A stretch of 64,000 nt of DNA, taken from Callorhinchus milii. Taxonomy: Eukaryota. The notes beneath the pieces were generated by a model that was given only the letters and a program-made list of their open reading frames with translations, made no database searches and had not been told where the DNA came from. The stretch spans positions 8,060,001 to 8,124,000 of the forward strand of contig NW_024704761.1 in the NCBI RefSeq assembly GCF_018977255.1, given 5' to 3'. The position numbers were made by a program, and so were the translations under genes. Position 1 is the stretch's first letter. Every line of letters starts with the position of its first letter. Below are positions 36,571 to 48,207 of the stretch, piece by piece.

Positions 36571-37118
36571 TAGTAAATATCGCAGGGCTTAAAACCGAGT
36601 CAAGCTCCCAAAATTCCTGTTCACAGGACAAGCAAAAACAAAGCACTCTCTGTGGCTGCCCGATTTTAATGCAAAGTAACATTATTTGCAAGGCTCTTTC
36701 TACATTATTATGCTTTTGCCTTCTCAGACTTCTGCCAGTAGCTGCATGATGAATGATCAACAAAATGCTTTCCCTGAGCCTCATGCTGCCCAAATTACCA
36801 GCGATTCGGTTTCCCCTATTTGGAGTTTCTTACCTTTTATCTCTCAGTTGCCCTAGAGCAGCAACAGCATTAAACTGTCATTTGCCAGGGAGTTGTCAAG
36901 ACAATAAAAAAAAGCTTTGCATTTTTTGACAACAAGATTGTTCCTGTTACCAGCAATAACCTATCAATGCTAGAGCACCGTCTCTGAAGCCTACCATCTG
37001 CCGTGCTATCCCATAAGATTTGCTGCTGACTGGACTCCAGTCCAGAACTTGAAATGGCTATTTGTTCTGCACGGTGGTAGATGGCCAGGGAAACATTGCC
37101 ATTGTGTTCTCCATGGGT

Positions 37119-37268
37119 TAATAATAATAATAATCCTTGCATTTAATATAACGTCTTATCACGTCTTCGAGACGTCTCAATGCACTTCACAGAATATACT
37201 TTACAGTGAATTGACTGTATATTTTGTGGGCGAAACACGGCAGCCAATTGCGCACAGCAGTGTCCCAT
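37119..37268 (-). mobile_element. SINE family A 3' half
   Basis: (AAT)n CCTTGCATTTAATATAACG..GCAGCCAATTGCGCACAGCAGTGTCCCA. Confidence 0.9.
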
Positions 37269-38404
37269 CGTCTAAACCAATGAAGTGATTCAATACCACC
37301 TACTGTGTTCATCATTTCTCAGGGTTTAGCTCAAGAGTGGACATCCCAGGTAGTTCACTGTGATGATGACACTTTCAACATGCTGGAGTAAATCGCAGCA
37401 GCAGTGTGATCAATTCATTCTGCAAATGGAGAATCTTCTCTGACCATCTTCTCAAATAACGGCAGATTGTTGTGTAATTCGCATTTGGCTATCAAAGTCG
37501 AACAGAGTCGAAATGCTGTCATCAGTTGTCACTCCAGGCAAGTGTTATCGCATTCATCTGCAGCAGACAGACGCGGCTGATAAGACGGATGTTTTATTAG
37601 GAGTTGTCATAGTCCAAGAGAACAAATTTCATTTGCTGCGTTCAAAAGATCTTGGATGATTTAGATTCCCTCATCAAGTGTTTGCTAAACAGGTCAAGAA
37701 TCCTAAGCAGCAAAATAGATTCCTTACAGTGACACCCATAAGAGTGGAGCATTAGACTGAAGAAGAAAAGAACACTTAGTCCATAATGTCCACAAACCAT
37801 GTGCTGCCTACCCTATTCATGAGCTCCTTTCCTTCCTACCCTTTTACCATAAGGTATAGAATCAGGAAAGCCCCTTACATTCCATCTGGCTTATCTCATC
37901 TTCAAATGACAAATCTTACAATATCCCCTTACCCATTAAAAGAAAATTTAGTTCCTTCTTGAAACTGGCCAACGACCTGGCCAATGTTATTGTTAGCATT
38001 CTCAGTAGCAACACTCAGCTTCCAACTGGAAAGTGTGCCATCCATCATGTAAGCAATGATGATTAAACCAAGTTACCAAGTCAGCTCCGCCAGATCAAAG
38101 CTGCCAATTCAGGCTTGGCTTGAATGTGGTCTGCTGCCTTCAATTCCCCTTGAGTATGCAAGCCAGACTTTCCTGGGGTTGGGAGAGCAGGTGAAGCGGC
38201 CGTGGTCTTTACCCACCTGACGGCTGTGCTAATTGTTGCCGGGTAATGGATAAAGTGCTTGCCATCAGGGCATCAGAAAAGTATTAGTAAATCTTGTGGA
38301 AATGCTCCCACCCACTCTCCACCCACAGCTCGTATGCTCAGCTAGTGCATTAATCCCACATGATACCACCTGCGTCTTGTCTGCAAAAAGGAGAAAAATG
38401 TATC

Positions 38405-38712
38405 ACTGCACTGTAATATCAGAGAACGAGTTTGGTTAACATTTTGGGTGTGAGATGTGACCCTTTATCAGAACTGATGTTGCCTTTATAGTAGGCCACT
38501 GACTGCACTGTGATGACCTGGCAATAGGAAGGTAAAAGAGGAGATGTCTAAGATTGGAAGAGATAGAATTGATACCAAGGGATGCTGGATATCCAAAATA
38601 GAAAGTGTTGGAATAGTGCAGCAGGCAAATCAGCATCTGAAGGACAGGCCAACAACACAGGATCACAGTACATCTGCGTCACCTCATCGTACAAGATCAG
38701 GGTTCTGATGTG
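38405..38712. mobile_element. Penelope-like element terminal remnants
   Basis: GTTAACATTTTGGGTG..GACCCTTTATCAGAACTG and GATGCTGGATATCCAAAATAGAAAGTGTTGGAATAGTGCAGCAGGCAAATCAGCATCTG resemble a recalled shark Penelope-type terminus. Confidence 0.45.
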
Positions 38713-39344
38713 AGCATTGCACTAAGCACGCTGTATTGCAGTAGCTGTTAGAATTTTAATAATTGATCTGTCTAAAAATAATCAACTCAGGTCGACTTCT
38801 CGAGAATGTCCGAATGGTTTTTCCTCAAGAAAATGCAAACAAAAATCAAAGTAAAATGTCCGTTTGGTAGCGGGGGCAAAGACAAAGAAGCGAGGCATTT
38901 TTTAAGATAGTAGTGGGAGAAATCAGCTTGACTGATGTGGTCACTGACAGACTGAAATGCCCACTGCTCAATTTCCCTCCACCCAATTCACTTTTACTAG
39001 GGCGACAGGTGTTGAAAAAATGAATCACTGCATTTCTGGGGGAGTGTTCTGATTATATTTGTTCTGGCAAACACCAACACATGCCTCTCTGGAAAGCCAA
39101 TAACTGGTGTAAATGTAGTAGACATTTGAAATGTCTAATAATCTGCTCTTTTCTCCTGCTGACTTAAGATCCTCTTGAAATAATTTCCCCAAATGCAAAG
39201 GACAAGACCAAACCAGATTTCTGATCCTATAGTCCTGCCTTCCTAATCTCTATAGATATTAGACTCTATCAAGCTTCGAATGAACCCCTACAATCCCTGT
39301 ACTCAATCAGGCATAGGATGTCCACATTCGTGCCAATGAGTCAT

Positions 39345-39645
39345 AATAACATGCAAAATACAATACAAAATTACACGTCGGGAGAATGTCCCAAGGCACT
39401 GGACAATCGGGGATTTGGACCCAAGCATGGGGGTTGGGATCAGGGAGGGTGGAGGGCAGGGAGGATAGGAGGGTGGCCAAAGGCGCGGTCGAAGAGGAGG
39501 GTCTTGAGACTTGCATTGAAGGAGGCAAGGGAAGGAGCGAGGCAAAGGGAATATGAGAGGGAGTTCCACAGGGAGGGGCAGAGAAGCTGAAGGCCCGACT
39601 GCCGATGGTGGGGAGGGCCAGGGGGGAGATGTGTAGCTGCCCGCA
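39345..39645 (-). mobile_element. L2 type-2 LINE 3' end
   Basis: Minus-strand translation PTIGSRAFSFSAP.. and SLWNSL..SFNASLKTLLFDRAFG (L2 ORF2 C-terminus). Confidence 0.9.
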
Positions 39646-40193
39646 CAGCTTGCTGAACCTGTGAATATGTCTCACAGTTCATATATAGAATGAATAATGT
39701 GTACACCGGTAGGTGCTGTGTAAGTTAACTCATACTCTGTACTAAACTAAATCCAGGGAAAGTATGCACTATTTCCAATGAAGCAAATTATTTTATTAAT
39801 GTAAAAAGAAAAATCTAAAAGTTTTGGGCAGGAGGACATGTATTAATAACTAGGTTTGGCAATGGGCTGCTTCATTGACAACATAGTATGCCTGTGAGTA
39901 ATTTTGGTTGAATTATTTATGAAACAGACACATATATTGAAAGCGGTCCTGATTATTGTTGAAACAGCAGTTTAGCATGTTGTGTCAGAGTGAACTTGGC
40001 AACGGGACATGACCCTGACTTGTACTGTCTTTATTTGCCCAGTGTTGCATTCAAAAAGGTCATTGCCTGCCTTGGACAAGAGACACTCTCAAGGACCAGT
40101 GGTTGCCTGTTGCAATGGCATTAAATCAGTGCTGGAGATTGTACATCATACAGTTCAATTATCCAGCTGCAGAACATGGCCTCCAGCCGCTGA

Positions 40194-40613
40194 GATTGAC
40201 AATGATTTTGTAACTGAATCATGTTTGCAGCAAGGCGAAATCACGATGGTTTCAGATAGGATCTGGACCTCTAAGAATGGGAATGTCAATTTCAGAAGAG
40301 AACTGGACCTGACTACTTGCCCTGCAACAGGTTTGCTTGCTAATGATTTGGTGGCTGAATTAGACTTCCAGCAGGGGAGCTCGACAACAAATTTGTACCA
40401 GAACCAAATCGCAAGCAATGAGAATCGACAATGTTTTTTTTGTAACCAGAATCAATTCCCCGGTACCACCGATTGACAATAATTTCGTACATGAGCAGAA
40501 TTGCTCGCAGCGGGGATCGACAATGATTTGGTAGCTTAATTAGACCTCTAGCAGGAGAGATGAAGAACGATTTTACACCAGAACCGGACCTGTAACAGCA
40601 GGGATGGACAATC
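40194..40613. repeat. Decayed ~44-bp tandem array (~9.5 units)
   Basis: Unit starts at 40194, 40238, 40379, 40423, 40471, 40515, 40559 and 40603 (GATYGACAAT-like), mostly exactly 44 bp apart. Confidence 0.85.
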
Positions 40614-41504
40614 AAACACGCAGGCATGATCCTGAGCAGTACCTTTACTGCTGGTCCGTCACTAATTTATTTGTTCAGACATCTGACTGCTTATCACGGG
40701 ACAACATTCCCCTGCAGGTTACGCAGAATGAATCCATAAAGAGCTGATGCCTGTGGACTAATGTAGATAAAGTGAGTACTTTGTGCAAATTAAACTAGAG
40801 AACAGATGCTATTTGATTAAATACTATTCAGCGAATGTGTAGAAGCATCAATTCTCTACCAGGCAGACTGTTTTTTTCATTAAAACAGCCAAACGATATG
40901 AGTCCCGTTTGTACCCGTGTCATACACACATAAAAACAATTCCCTCTCCGGTCACCTTTACCTGCACAAATAAATCCCAGCCTCAGTGCTCTGCCAGAAT
41001 ATACAGACGTATTAGAGCTTAGCTCCAGATTACAGTATTGATTGTGTACAGTAAAATCTCAATTAGAGTCTGATAGTAGCAGCTGGAATCACAAGAGTTG
41101 ACTGCAAGACAGCAGTGAAGATTGATTGGTGTCCAGAGACATTCGGCCAGGTACAGATGAAGCCCAGAGTCATTATCAGCTTAAGACGGATATGGAATCT
41201 TGAGTAGGACAACTTAACATTATATTTGAACCCTTCAAGTATTGAATGTCCTTTGGAGTTTTCGGTTCATGTAAACATTCAAAAAAACACTGTAAATGTT
41301 ATAATGTGAGAACCCGAAAAGAGACTTTAGCAGAAACATGATAGATTTTGTAATATTTTCAAAATGAAGTAAAACCTTGGGATGTTGAAATAGTCCTTTG
41401 TCACTCAGGAGATTTCTGTCAAGGGCGCTGGAGGTCAAACAGTGAGTAATGGCAAAGATGTACATCTCACCCCAAGCAGCTCTGTACAAACCCATGTTAA
41501 ATAC

Positions 41505-41573
41505 GCCGTTAAAGTAAATTAGTGGCACTTTTGATAAACTCCAACAAAAGTGCCACTAATTTACTTTAACGGC
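41505..41573. repeat. Perfect inverted repeat, 29-bp arms, 11-nt loop
   Basis: GCCGTTAAAGTAAATTAGTGGCACTTTTG-ATAAACTCCAA-CAAAAGTGCCACTAATTTACTTTAACGGC. Confidence 0.98.
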
Positions 41574-41664
41574 AATCAAATTCCTGCACTGCCTCAGTGT
41601 TTGAAACGAAACATCAATTTAAAGAAATTAACTGGTTTGAAACCTAATATTACAGCGAACAACA

Positions 41665-41880
41665 AAGTGTCAGTTTGCTCAATCGGTAGCACAGCATCTC
41701 CCCACTCCCCCCCACCCCCAAATTCCCACCCCTCCCTCAATCAGAAGTTTCAGGGATCATTATCTAAGATGGGAATCTCTGGTACAGTAGTTTAGAATTG
41801 CTGCATTGTTGCAGGTGTTGTTGACCGGGAGATGTTAAACCAAGGTTTTGTTTGTTATTCTGCGGTTTGATATTAAAATC
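41665..41880 (+). mobile_element. 5' part of older DeuSINE-like element
   Basis: GTCAGTTTGCTCAATCGGTAGCAC..TCAGAAG..GCTGCATTGTTGCAGGTG..GAGATGTTAAACCAAGG. Confidence 0.6.
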
Positions 41881-42052
41881 CTCTCCTCCAATCCCTCCAC
41901 CTGCCCCCTCCCTCTCCCCTTTAAAATCCTGCCTAAAAGACCTTTCTTTTTGATTGTGCTTACGGTCACCTCCGCTCTCCCTCTCCCCCTGACTCAGGGT
42001 CAGACTCCGCTACCTGGCGTGAAGGGCGCTATATAAGTGCAAGTTGTTGTTG
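41881..42052 (+). mobile_element. L2 type-1 3' end
   Basis: CCTGCCTAAAAGACCTTTCTTTTTGATTGTGCTTACGGTCACC..GTGAAGGGCGCTATATAAGTGCAAGTTGTTGTTG. Confidence 0.82.
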
Positions 42053-45000
42053 TAAAAGATTTTATGATTTTTAACGAGCGAGAAGTCTTCTTGTGTTCCT
42101 CACCGATGCTCTTCTCTGTGGAGAGAATGCACACTCCATTCCAGACAGAGGGAAATTTCCATGCAAAGATGGCCTGCATATGTGGAACTCTCAATCTGGT
42201 TTGAATAGTCTTGCGTGGTGATGAGGTGATGGGTTTCTGCACGTGCCAGACATCTGGCTAACCAAAATAATCCAAGACTCATCCTCTGGCCTTTAAGATA
42301 TAACAAAACAAACAGAAAATAACTGCTTCCAAGAAAGCTGAACAAAGATTCAAAGCTAAATGACCCAAAATTGGATACAAATCCTCTTCCTTTGATTCCA
42401 GCCCAAGTAAAGACATTGGATTTTTATGTTTCTGACGGTTTGGAGAAAAGCTATACACTAATACGATCTGACCCTCCGCACAGCTGTGGAGAGGGACTGA
42501 TGGTGCCAAGACTTCTGCAAGCATAGATTGCATGGCCTCCCAAGCTGAAGAAGGAAAGGATAGTGGGAGACAGTTGTAAAAACCTAAAAGGTAAATGAAG
42601 GGTGGACGTGTTTTCCAAGTATCTAACAGTGCTATAATTTGTTACTCAGTAAATATGCCTATGTGGGTGTTTGTGTCGATTTGAATTTACGAGAATGTTT
42701 ATGTGCAACTTTGTGTTGTTGGCATGGTTTTTTGGTTCCTCAGAAATTCACAAAGCTGAAATCGGATTACCTACAGACTGGCATATGAATTGCACTTAGA
42801 CCATAATGGAACAGAAGCACATCCACCCCCTTCCAACACGTAAAATGTACAGCTATCAATCGCATTTCATCTCTGGAACACCTCCACGCACTCAGACATA
42901 GTTCTCATACAGAGGCAAGACCGCTGAAAGATGAGAGAGCAAATCTGGGATTTTTACCTGCTCAGTTGAAGCTCAGCAACACTAGAGAATTCAGGGAGAG
43001 CAGCTTCCAGCTGTGGCTGAAGCCAAACCAGAAACAGCTGGTCCAATGCAAAGTCAGAACTGTACAACCTCATTGTGTTCCTTAATCATTGCTGGCAATA
43101 ATTAAGGATTGGAATGAGTTTAGGAATACCCAAATCTGATCTGATTCCTCTAAATCCAATGCTTTATTAATATGTTGCTTTAGGGAATGAGAGCATGTCC
43201 ATTGTTCGGGATGGAATTGCATCCAACTTCCTGGTAGCCAAGTATCACGCAACACTCATCAAGTAGTCTCACCACCAATGAAGATAGTGGGGGTATAGAA
43301 TCAAATTGTGGACATGTAATTAGAGATCCACCTCAGAGCTACTGAGCTACAAAATTGGATACTTAAAACCATGAAAGAAATAAAATGCTTCAGGATTACA
43401 TTATGTAGCTACAAGTGCAGTCAATGATTTAATAGGATAAAGAAATTAACTTGCGCTATGAACAGTTATGACAGATTGAACGAGATATGGGTGAAATGCA
43501 TTTCTATGGTTAAAGCTTCAAATCATCCTCATGTCCTTGAACAGATGGGAGAGGAGGTGGCAGGTACCAGCCTCCTGGTACTAAGAACATCTGTTATCGT
43601 TAGATGATGCTAATTGCCAACCGATAGGGAATCTGTGTCTCTATTCATTGGGGGGTCTGCAGCAAATGGAGCCAACTGAATTAGATTGGTTCCAACACTT
43701 TGGGACGCAAATGGTTTTTTGGCACAAAGACTTGGCCCGAGTTCAAAAGAAATGGCAAAAAAATGCAAACTCTTGTGTGAAAAGGGGTCATGTCTACGGA
43801 GCAGGAAACCCACCCATATGCCATACAAGTGTAAATGTCTACATTGGATATAGACCCTACATGGTCAACAAACGGATAAGAGCATAGAATAACCTTGTGT
43901 AACACAAAGGTAAACCTAAATGACAGATACACCCATAAATGTAACTGAATGATGGTTAACTAAGCAACTTCAGAAATAAGAGATGGACACCAGTTGACTA
44001 TCCTGGCAAGAGAATAGTGATTGCTTGCTTGTTTGCAAGCAACTCATTTTAGATGCTCAAATGTACCCATCAGAAGTGGAAAGATGCTTTCACTGATCCA
44101 CATCTTACCCATAGGTGTTTCAATACTTAATTCATGTCGAAGCTCAAACGTTTTAATGGACCAGATCAGCCAACCATACATGTAGTATTCACTATATACT
44201 CATAATGTGCATTCATTTTACGGATCCTGTGCAATGCAATATGTTTTCCTTTTGAAACAGCGAGAAGGGAGCTGTCCCCCGTGTCTCCTAGTGTTGCAAC
44301 GTTTTTAATTCCAACAGCCCCAAGATTCCTTATTTCAACCCAGCAATGGGAATAATATTTATCATAACCCGAGGAAAGAATACATTAAGGTCAACTATCA
44401 CAGAGATGGTCCTTCATGCAGTGGCTAATGTGACATATTTAGGAATTTATGTTTGGGTACCAGGGAGAGAGGAGAGGAGAGACTCTCTTTATGAAACCTT
44501 AAGCAAATTTGATCCTCAGCTAGTTGCCTTATGTTGTGACAACAATGTGATTATGTCAGGGCAGTGTAGCAGTAAAATTCTGCACCCAAATGGGTACGTG
44601 CGGATTTGTATAGATAATGCAGAATCTTCACAGAACAAGACAAATTTAGTTGACCTCGTGGTTCACCGCAGGCACACCATGCACATCAGCATGAAACTTC
44701 ACCATCTATACACCAAGCCAGCACGAGCACAGATGTGTACACTATGGGATACATTGATATTGCTGAAGAAGCACACGACGATGCTCCTAGCGCTGGCGAG
44801 GAGAGGGTAGCAGTGGTGCAGCGTATTGAGGCACCAGCTGGGTACAAGGCAGAAGCCCAAATTGCTACAAAGCACCAACTGGCTTTTATATGGATGCAAC
44901 ATACAGTGTTTCCAAGTAGAAATTGCTGGATTGGTTCAGCGGGAGTTTCCACTGCAAGGTCATTTGGGTAATTAGAGAAATCCAGCATTCAGGTACGCTG

Positions 45001-45164
45001 TGTTGCCTCCCACATTGGCTAATGTAATGGAGAAGTGCTTTCCTGCAGTACTATTTCTGATGGACAATGTAGAAACATCAATGGTATCTGCAATGGAGAC
45101 CAAACCTGCACAAGTTACAGACAAGTATAGGAATGTTATGGCTATGCATTGGGGCTTTGAACCC

Positions 45165-45480
45165 GCAGGCTAGAAGGACAATGCAATGCCGGGGGGGTGG
45201 GGGGTTGGGGGGCATTGCAATGTTCGGAGGTGCCGTCCTTCAGATGAAATGATAAATCTTAGTCACGTCTATCTCTTCAAGTGGGCATTAAAAATCCTAT
45301 GGCTCTACTTCGAAAAGAGAAGGGATTTTTTTTCTTGGTGTCCTGGCCAACAATCCAGATAAAATTGGTCGTTTCTTTTACTACTGTTTGTGAGACATTG
45401 CTGCACATTGGGAAAAACGCAATCGCTACACTTTGCAGTAAATCCTGTGAGTCGCGCTTTGAGTCGTCCATGAAAGGAAC
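45165..45480 (+). mobile_element. Older DeuSINE-like element
   Basis: GCAATGTTCGGAGGTGCCGTCCTTCAGATGA..AAAATCCTATGGCTCTACTTCGAAAAGAG..GGTGTCCTGGCCAACA..GTTTGTGAGACATTGCTG. Confidence 0.78.
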
Positions 45481-46164
45481 AGTTTCAAAGGCATTCAGGT
45501 ACCAGCTCCAACTCCCTGAGAGAATGGCCATAAGCACCAAATGGCATAGTAGTTCCTAAACCTCACACCATGACCATTGTTCTGTGTTCCTCAGCAGCAT
45601 GTGTAGAATTGCCATTTGTCCTGCATAAGTAACAGCAGATCCTGCCTAAGAGTAATGAGCCTGCAGTACACACTGGCATCACTGCTACCCACTGATGCAG
45701 GTTGAAGCCCTTCCATCGCTGAAGGACCACAGATGCCTCTGCAGCCATTCCCCAGGGCTCTTGGTTGAAGTACGAGACGCCTAGCAGGATGTGTCCACAA
45801 CCAGCAAGGAGACAACAAGGGCCGAATGGTAGAGCAAACTACACCGAACACATCCACAACTCACCACTCCACACCACTCATAACTTGATAAATTAACATT
45901 CATTTCAAACAATAATTTGCAATCGGTCATTCTCTAATTGTGCCCATAACAAAGGGCTGGCTGTACAAAAGCCAAGCAAACAAATGATGTGTGCGCTGCA
46001 AAATGAAACAAGCAGGACTATCAAACAACAGTCCTGGGGCTTTAAATATGTCCACACAAAAATAATAGTGCTCACTGGAACAGCCTAGCAATGAGACTCT
46101 CCGAAGCACAGTTTTATTGCATGCAATAGATACACTGCCTGCGGTGGAACCTGCTGTTAGTCAT

Positions 46165-46386
46165 TTGCTTACTAAGCCCTCGCCTTCCGGGGCTCTACCC
46201 TGCCCCCTCTTCTGAGGTTGCTTCACCCGTGCCTTCGGTCACCCTCCTACCCCTACCCTCCCCGTCCTCCACCGCTCCTGATCCCAACCACCAGCTTGGG
46301 TGTGGATCCCTGACTGTCCAGCGCCTTGGTATGTCCTCTTGATGTGAAAGGCGCTATAAAAATTTAATAATTTAATTTGTTGTTGT
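46165..46386 (+). mobile_element. L2 type-2 3' end
   Basis: GTGCCTTCGGTCACCCTCCTACCC..CCTGATCCCAACCACCAGCTTGGGTGTGGATCCCTGACTGTCCAGCGCCTTGG..GTGAAAGGCGCTAT. Confidence 0.85.
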
Positions 46387-47338
46387 AATATGTATCCAAA
46401 TGGCCACTACACCCATGCACTTGTGACCAACACACCATGGTACTATTGGCTTCAATCACTGCTGTGTGGTGATATTGCAGGTCAAAACCTTTGCCTTTAT
46501 TAAGATCACTGACTCCAAATACTCCCTTTTTGATATGTTCTCTTAACTAGCAAGAGCACCTTCTTGATGACTTTAATCGAAGAATAGGAAACTAAATTAC
46601 TCTTTTTTCCATTGCTTTTGAACTCCATTCCTTAAGGAGTAGGAATTGTTGAGAGCAGCATTCAAGACTGACAATTTGTCTATTGGGTGATATCCCAATG
46701 GCTCGTCATCATTTGCACGGTTGTTTTGTTTCACTAAAAACAACAACTTGCATTTGTATAGCGTCCTTCACGTGGGTTAGCGTCTCGCTGTGTTTCTTTG
46801 TGAAACAAGGGAATGCAGAAATCTCAATCCATTGGGGGGCAGAGGTATTAAGGAGATGGTGAAAGGGCATTTGGATTAAAAGATCTGCTGAAATCCACTA
46901 CACTGCAAGAATAGGTTTAATGGGTTGAATAGTCTCCTCTTATACCTGTTTTGTTTAAGTTATTCTTCCTGCAAATGTGCCTCTCGCTCTCTCATTTTTA
47001 TATATGCCTTTCTTGTATATCATGGATCAAATGGGTGGGTGATTGTGCTCCTCTATGCAACGAGACTGTTCATTTATACAGAGCCAGTAATGAAGTGCAT
47101 CCCACATACTAAACCTACTTAATGGCCTTTCAAAGTACAGTTTGCTTCCAAGGATGCTTGGGTGTCTATCCACCATTTTTCTGCCCTCTTAGATAAAACT
47201 CCAGAGATTACAATAACTGGAGACATACAGCCAGACAGCCAGCCGATCATCAAAGTAGTTTTGTTGAAATGACAAAAAAAAGTTAAGTTTGTCAGAATTT
47301 TGCATCAAAAGGGCCTTCAGAGTGCCGCACCATTCTTT

Positions 47339-47425
47339 TATTTGCGTCTATTTTCACGGTTCATAACAAAGCCAGCTGAAGCTATTTGCCTCTATTTTCA
47401 CAGTCTATAGCAAAGCCAGCCTAGC
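47339..47425. repeat. Two-copy 44-bp tandem duplication
   Basis: TATTTGCGTCTATTTTCACGGTTCATAACAAAGCCAGC / TATTTGCCTCTATTTTCACAGTCTATAGCAAAGCCAGC. Confidence 0.85.
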
Positions 47426-47934
47426 TTTACTGTAATAGCTCCATTGTCTGCAGCAAGCTACGTCTCTGCTGCCAGCTCAGATTAGCTGCTGATAAATGGA
47501 GACTTCAGTTGTCAAGGAGGATGGTGGTACAAATCTCATTGGTGATAGATCAAAGGGAATTTGAAAATCCCACTGAAAGAGGCACCGCGGTGCAGTGGTA
47601 ACAGAACACGGCAGCCACAGGTTCCAGTCGCAAGCCCTGCCCGAGGCTGATGATGTCTGTGAAGACTTAGAGCAGTGTTCAATTGCTACACTAGATGGGG
47701 CACCTTGCCACAGCAGACGGTCAGACTGGAGAGAGGAACCCAGCAGTGTTAGCTCCGTTGTCCAGTTTACACTGCTCTTTTTGCAGAGATTTAGCAGCAA
47801 ATGGCCCCATTGGAAATTAGATTTGAGCCATGTGTTTGGGAAGTGATTTGTCCTGGAAGTCAAATCCCTTCATATCCTGGTACCTCCCTAGCTCTCCACT
47901 CCACCACCACTGCAACCGCCTCCACCTCTGGCTC

Positions 47935-48207
47935 CAGCCTCCTGCTTGTCCCTCGTCCCCTCCACCATCGGCAGCTGTGCTTTCAGCCACTAAACCCCGA
48001 AACTCTGAAAATCTCTCCCTCCGCCTTGCCCCCTCCTTCCATATTTTCAGATCACGCCTGAAGACTTTACGCTTCGACCTTGCTTAATGTCACCTTCTCC
48101 TCCCTCCCCTCGGCTCGGCGTCAGGCTCCGCTGCCGTTAAGATGCTTTTAAGCGCTCCAAGTCACTATCAGCATGAAGGGCGCCATATAAATGCAAGTTG
48201 TTGTTGC
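47935..48207 (+). mobile_element. L2 type-1 3' end
   Basis: CCACCATCGGCAGCTGTGCTTTCAGC..SLRLAPSFHIFRSRLKT..GAAGGGCGCCATATAAATGCAAGTTGTTGTTG. Confidence 0.88.

Noticed and set aside
40009-40476. 155-aa ORF as a repeat protein
   Set aside because: The underlying period (44 bp) is not a multiple of three, and I recognise no domain or splice support.
40194-40613. CRISPR array
   Set aside because: Similarity extends across whole units with no invariant repeat or unique spacer, there are no cas genes, and the context is vertebrate.
41235-41795. Divergent ORF pair both starting MPLIYFNG
   Set aside because: Artefact of the perfect inverted repeat at 41505-41573.
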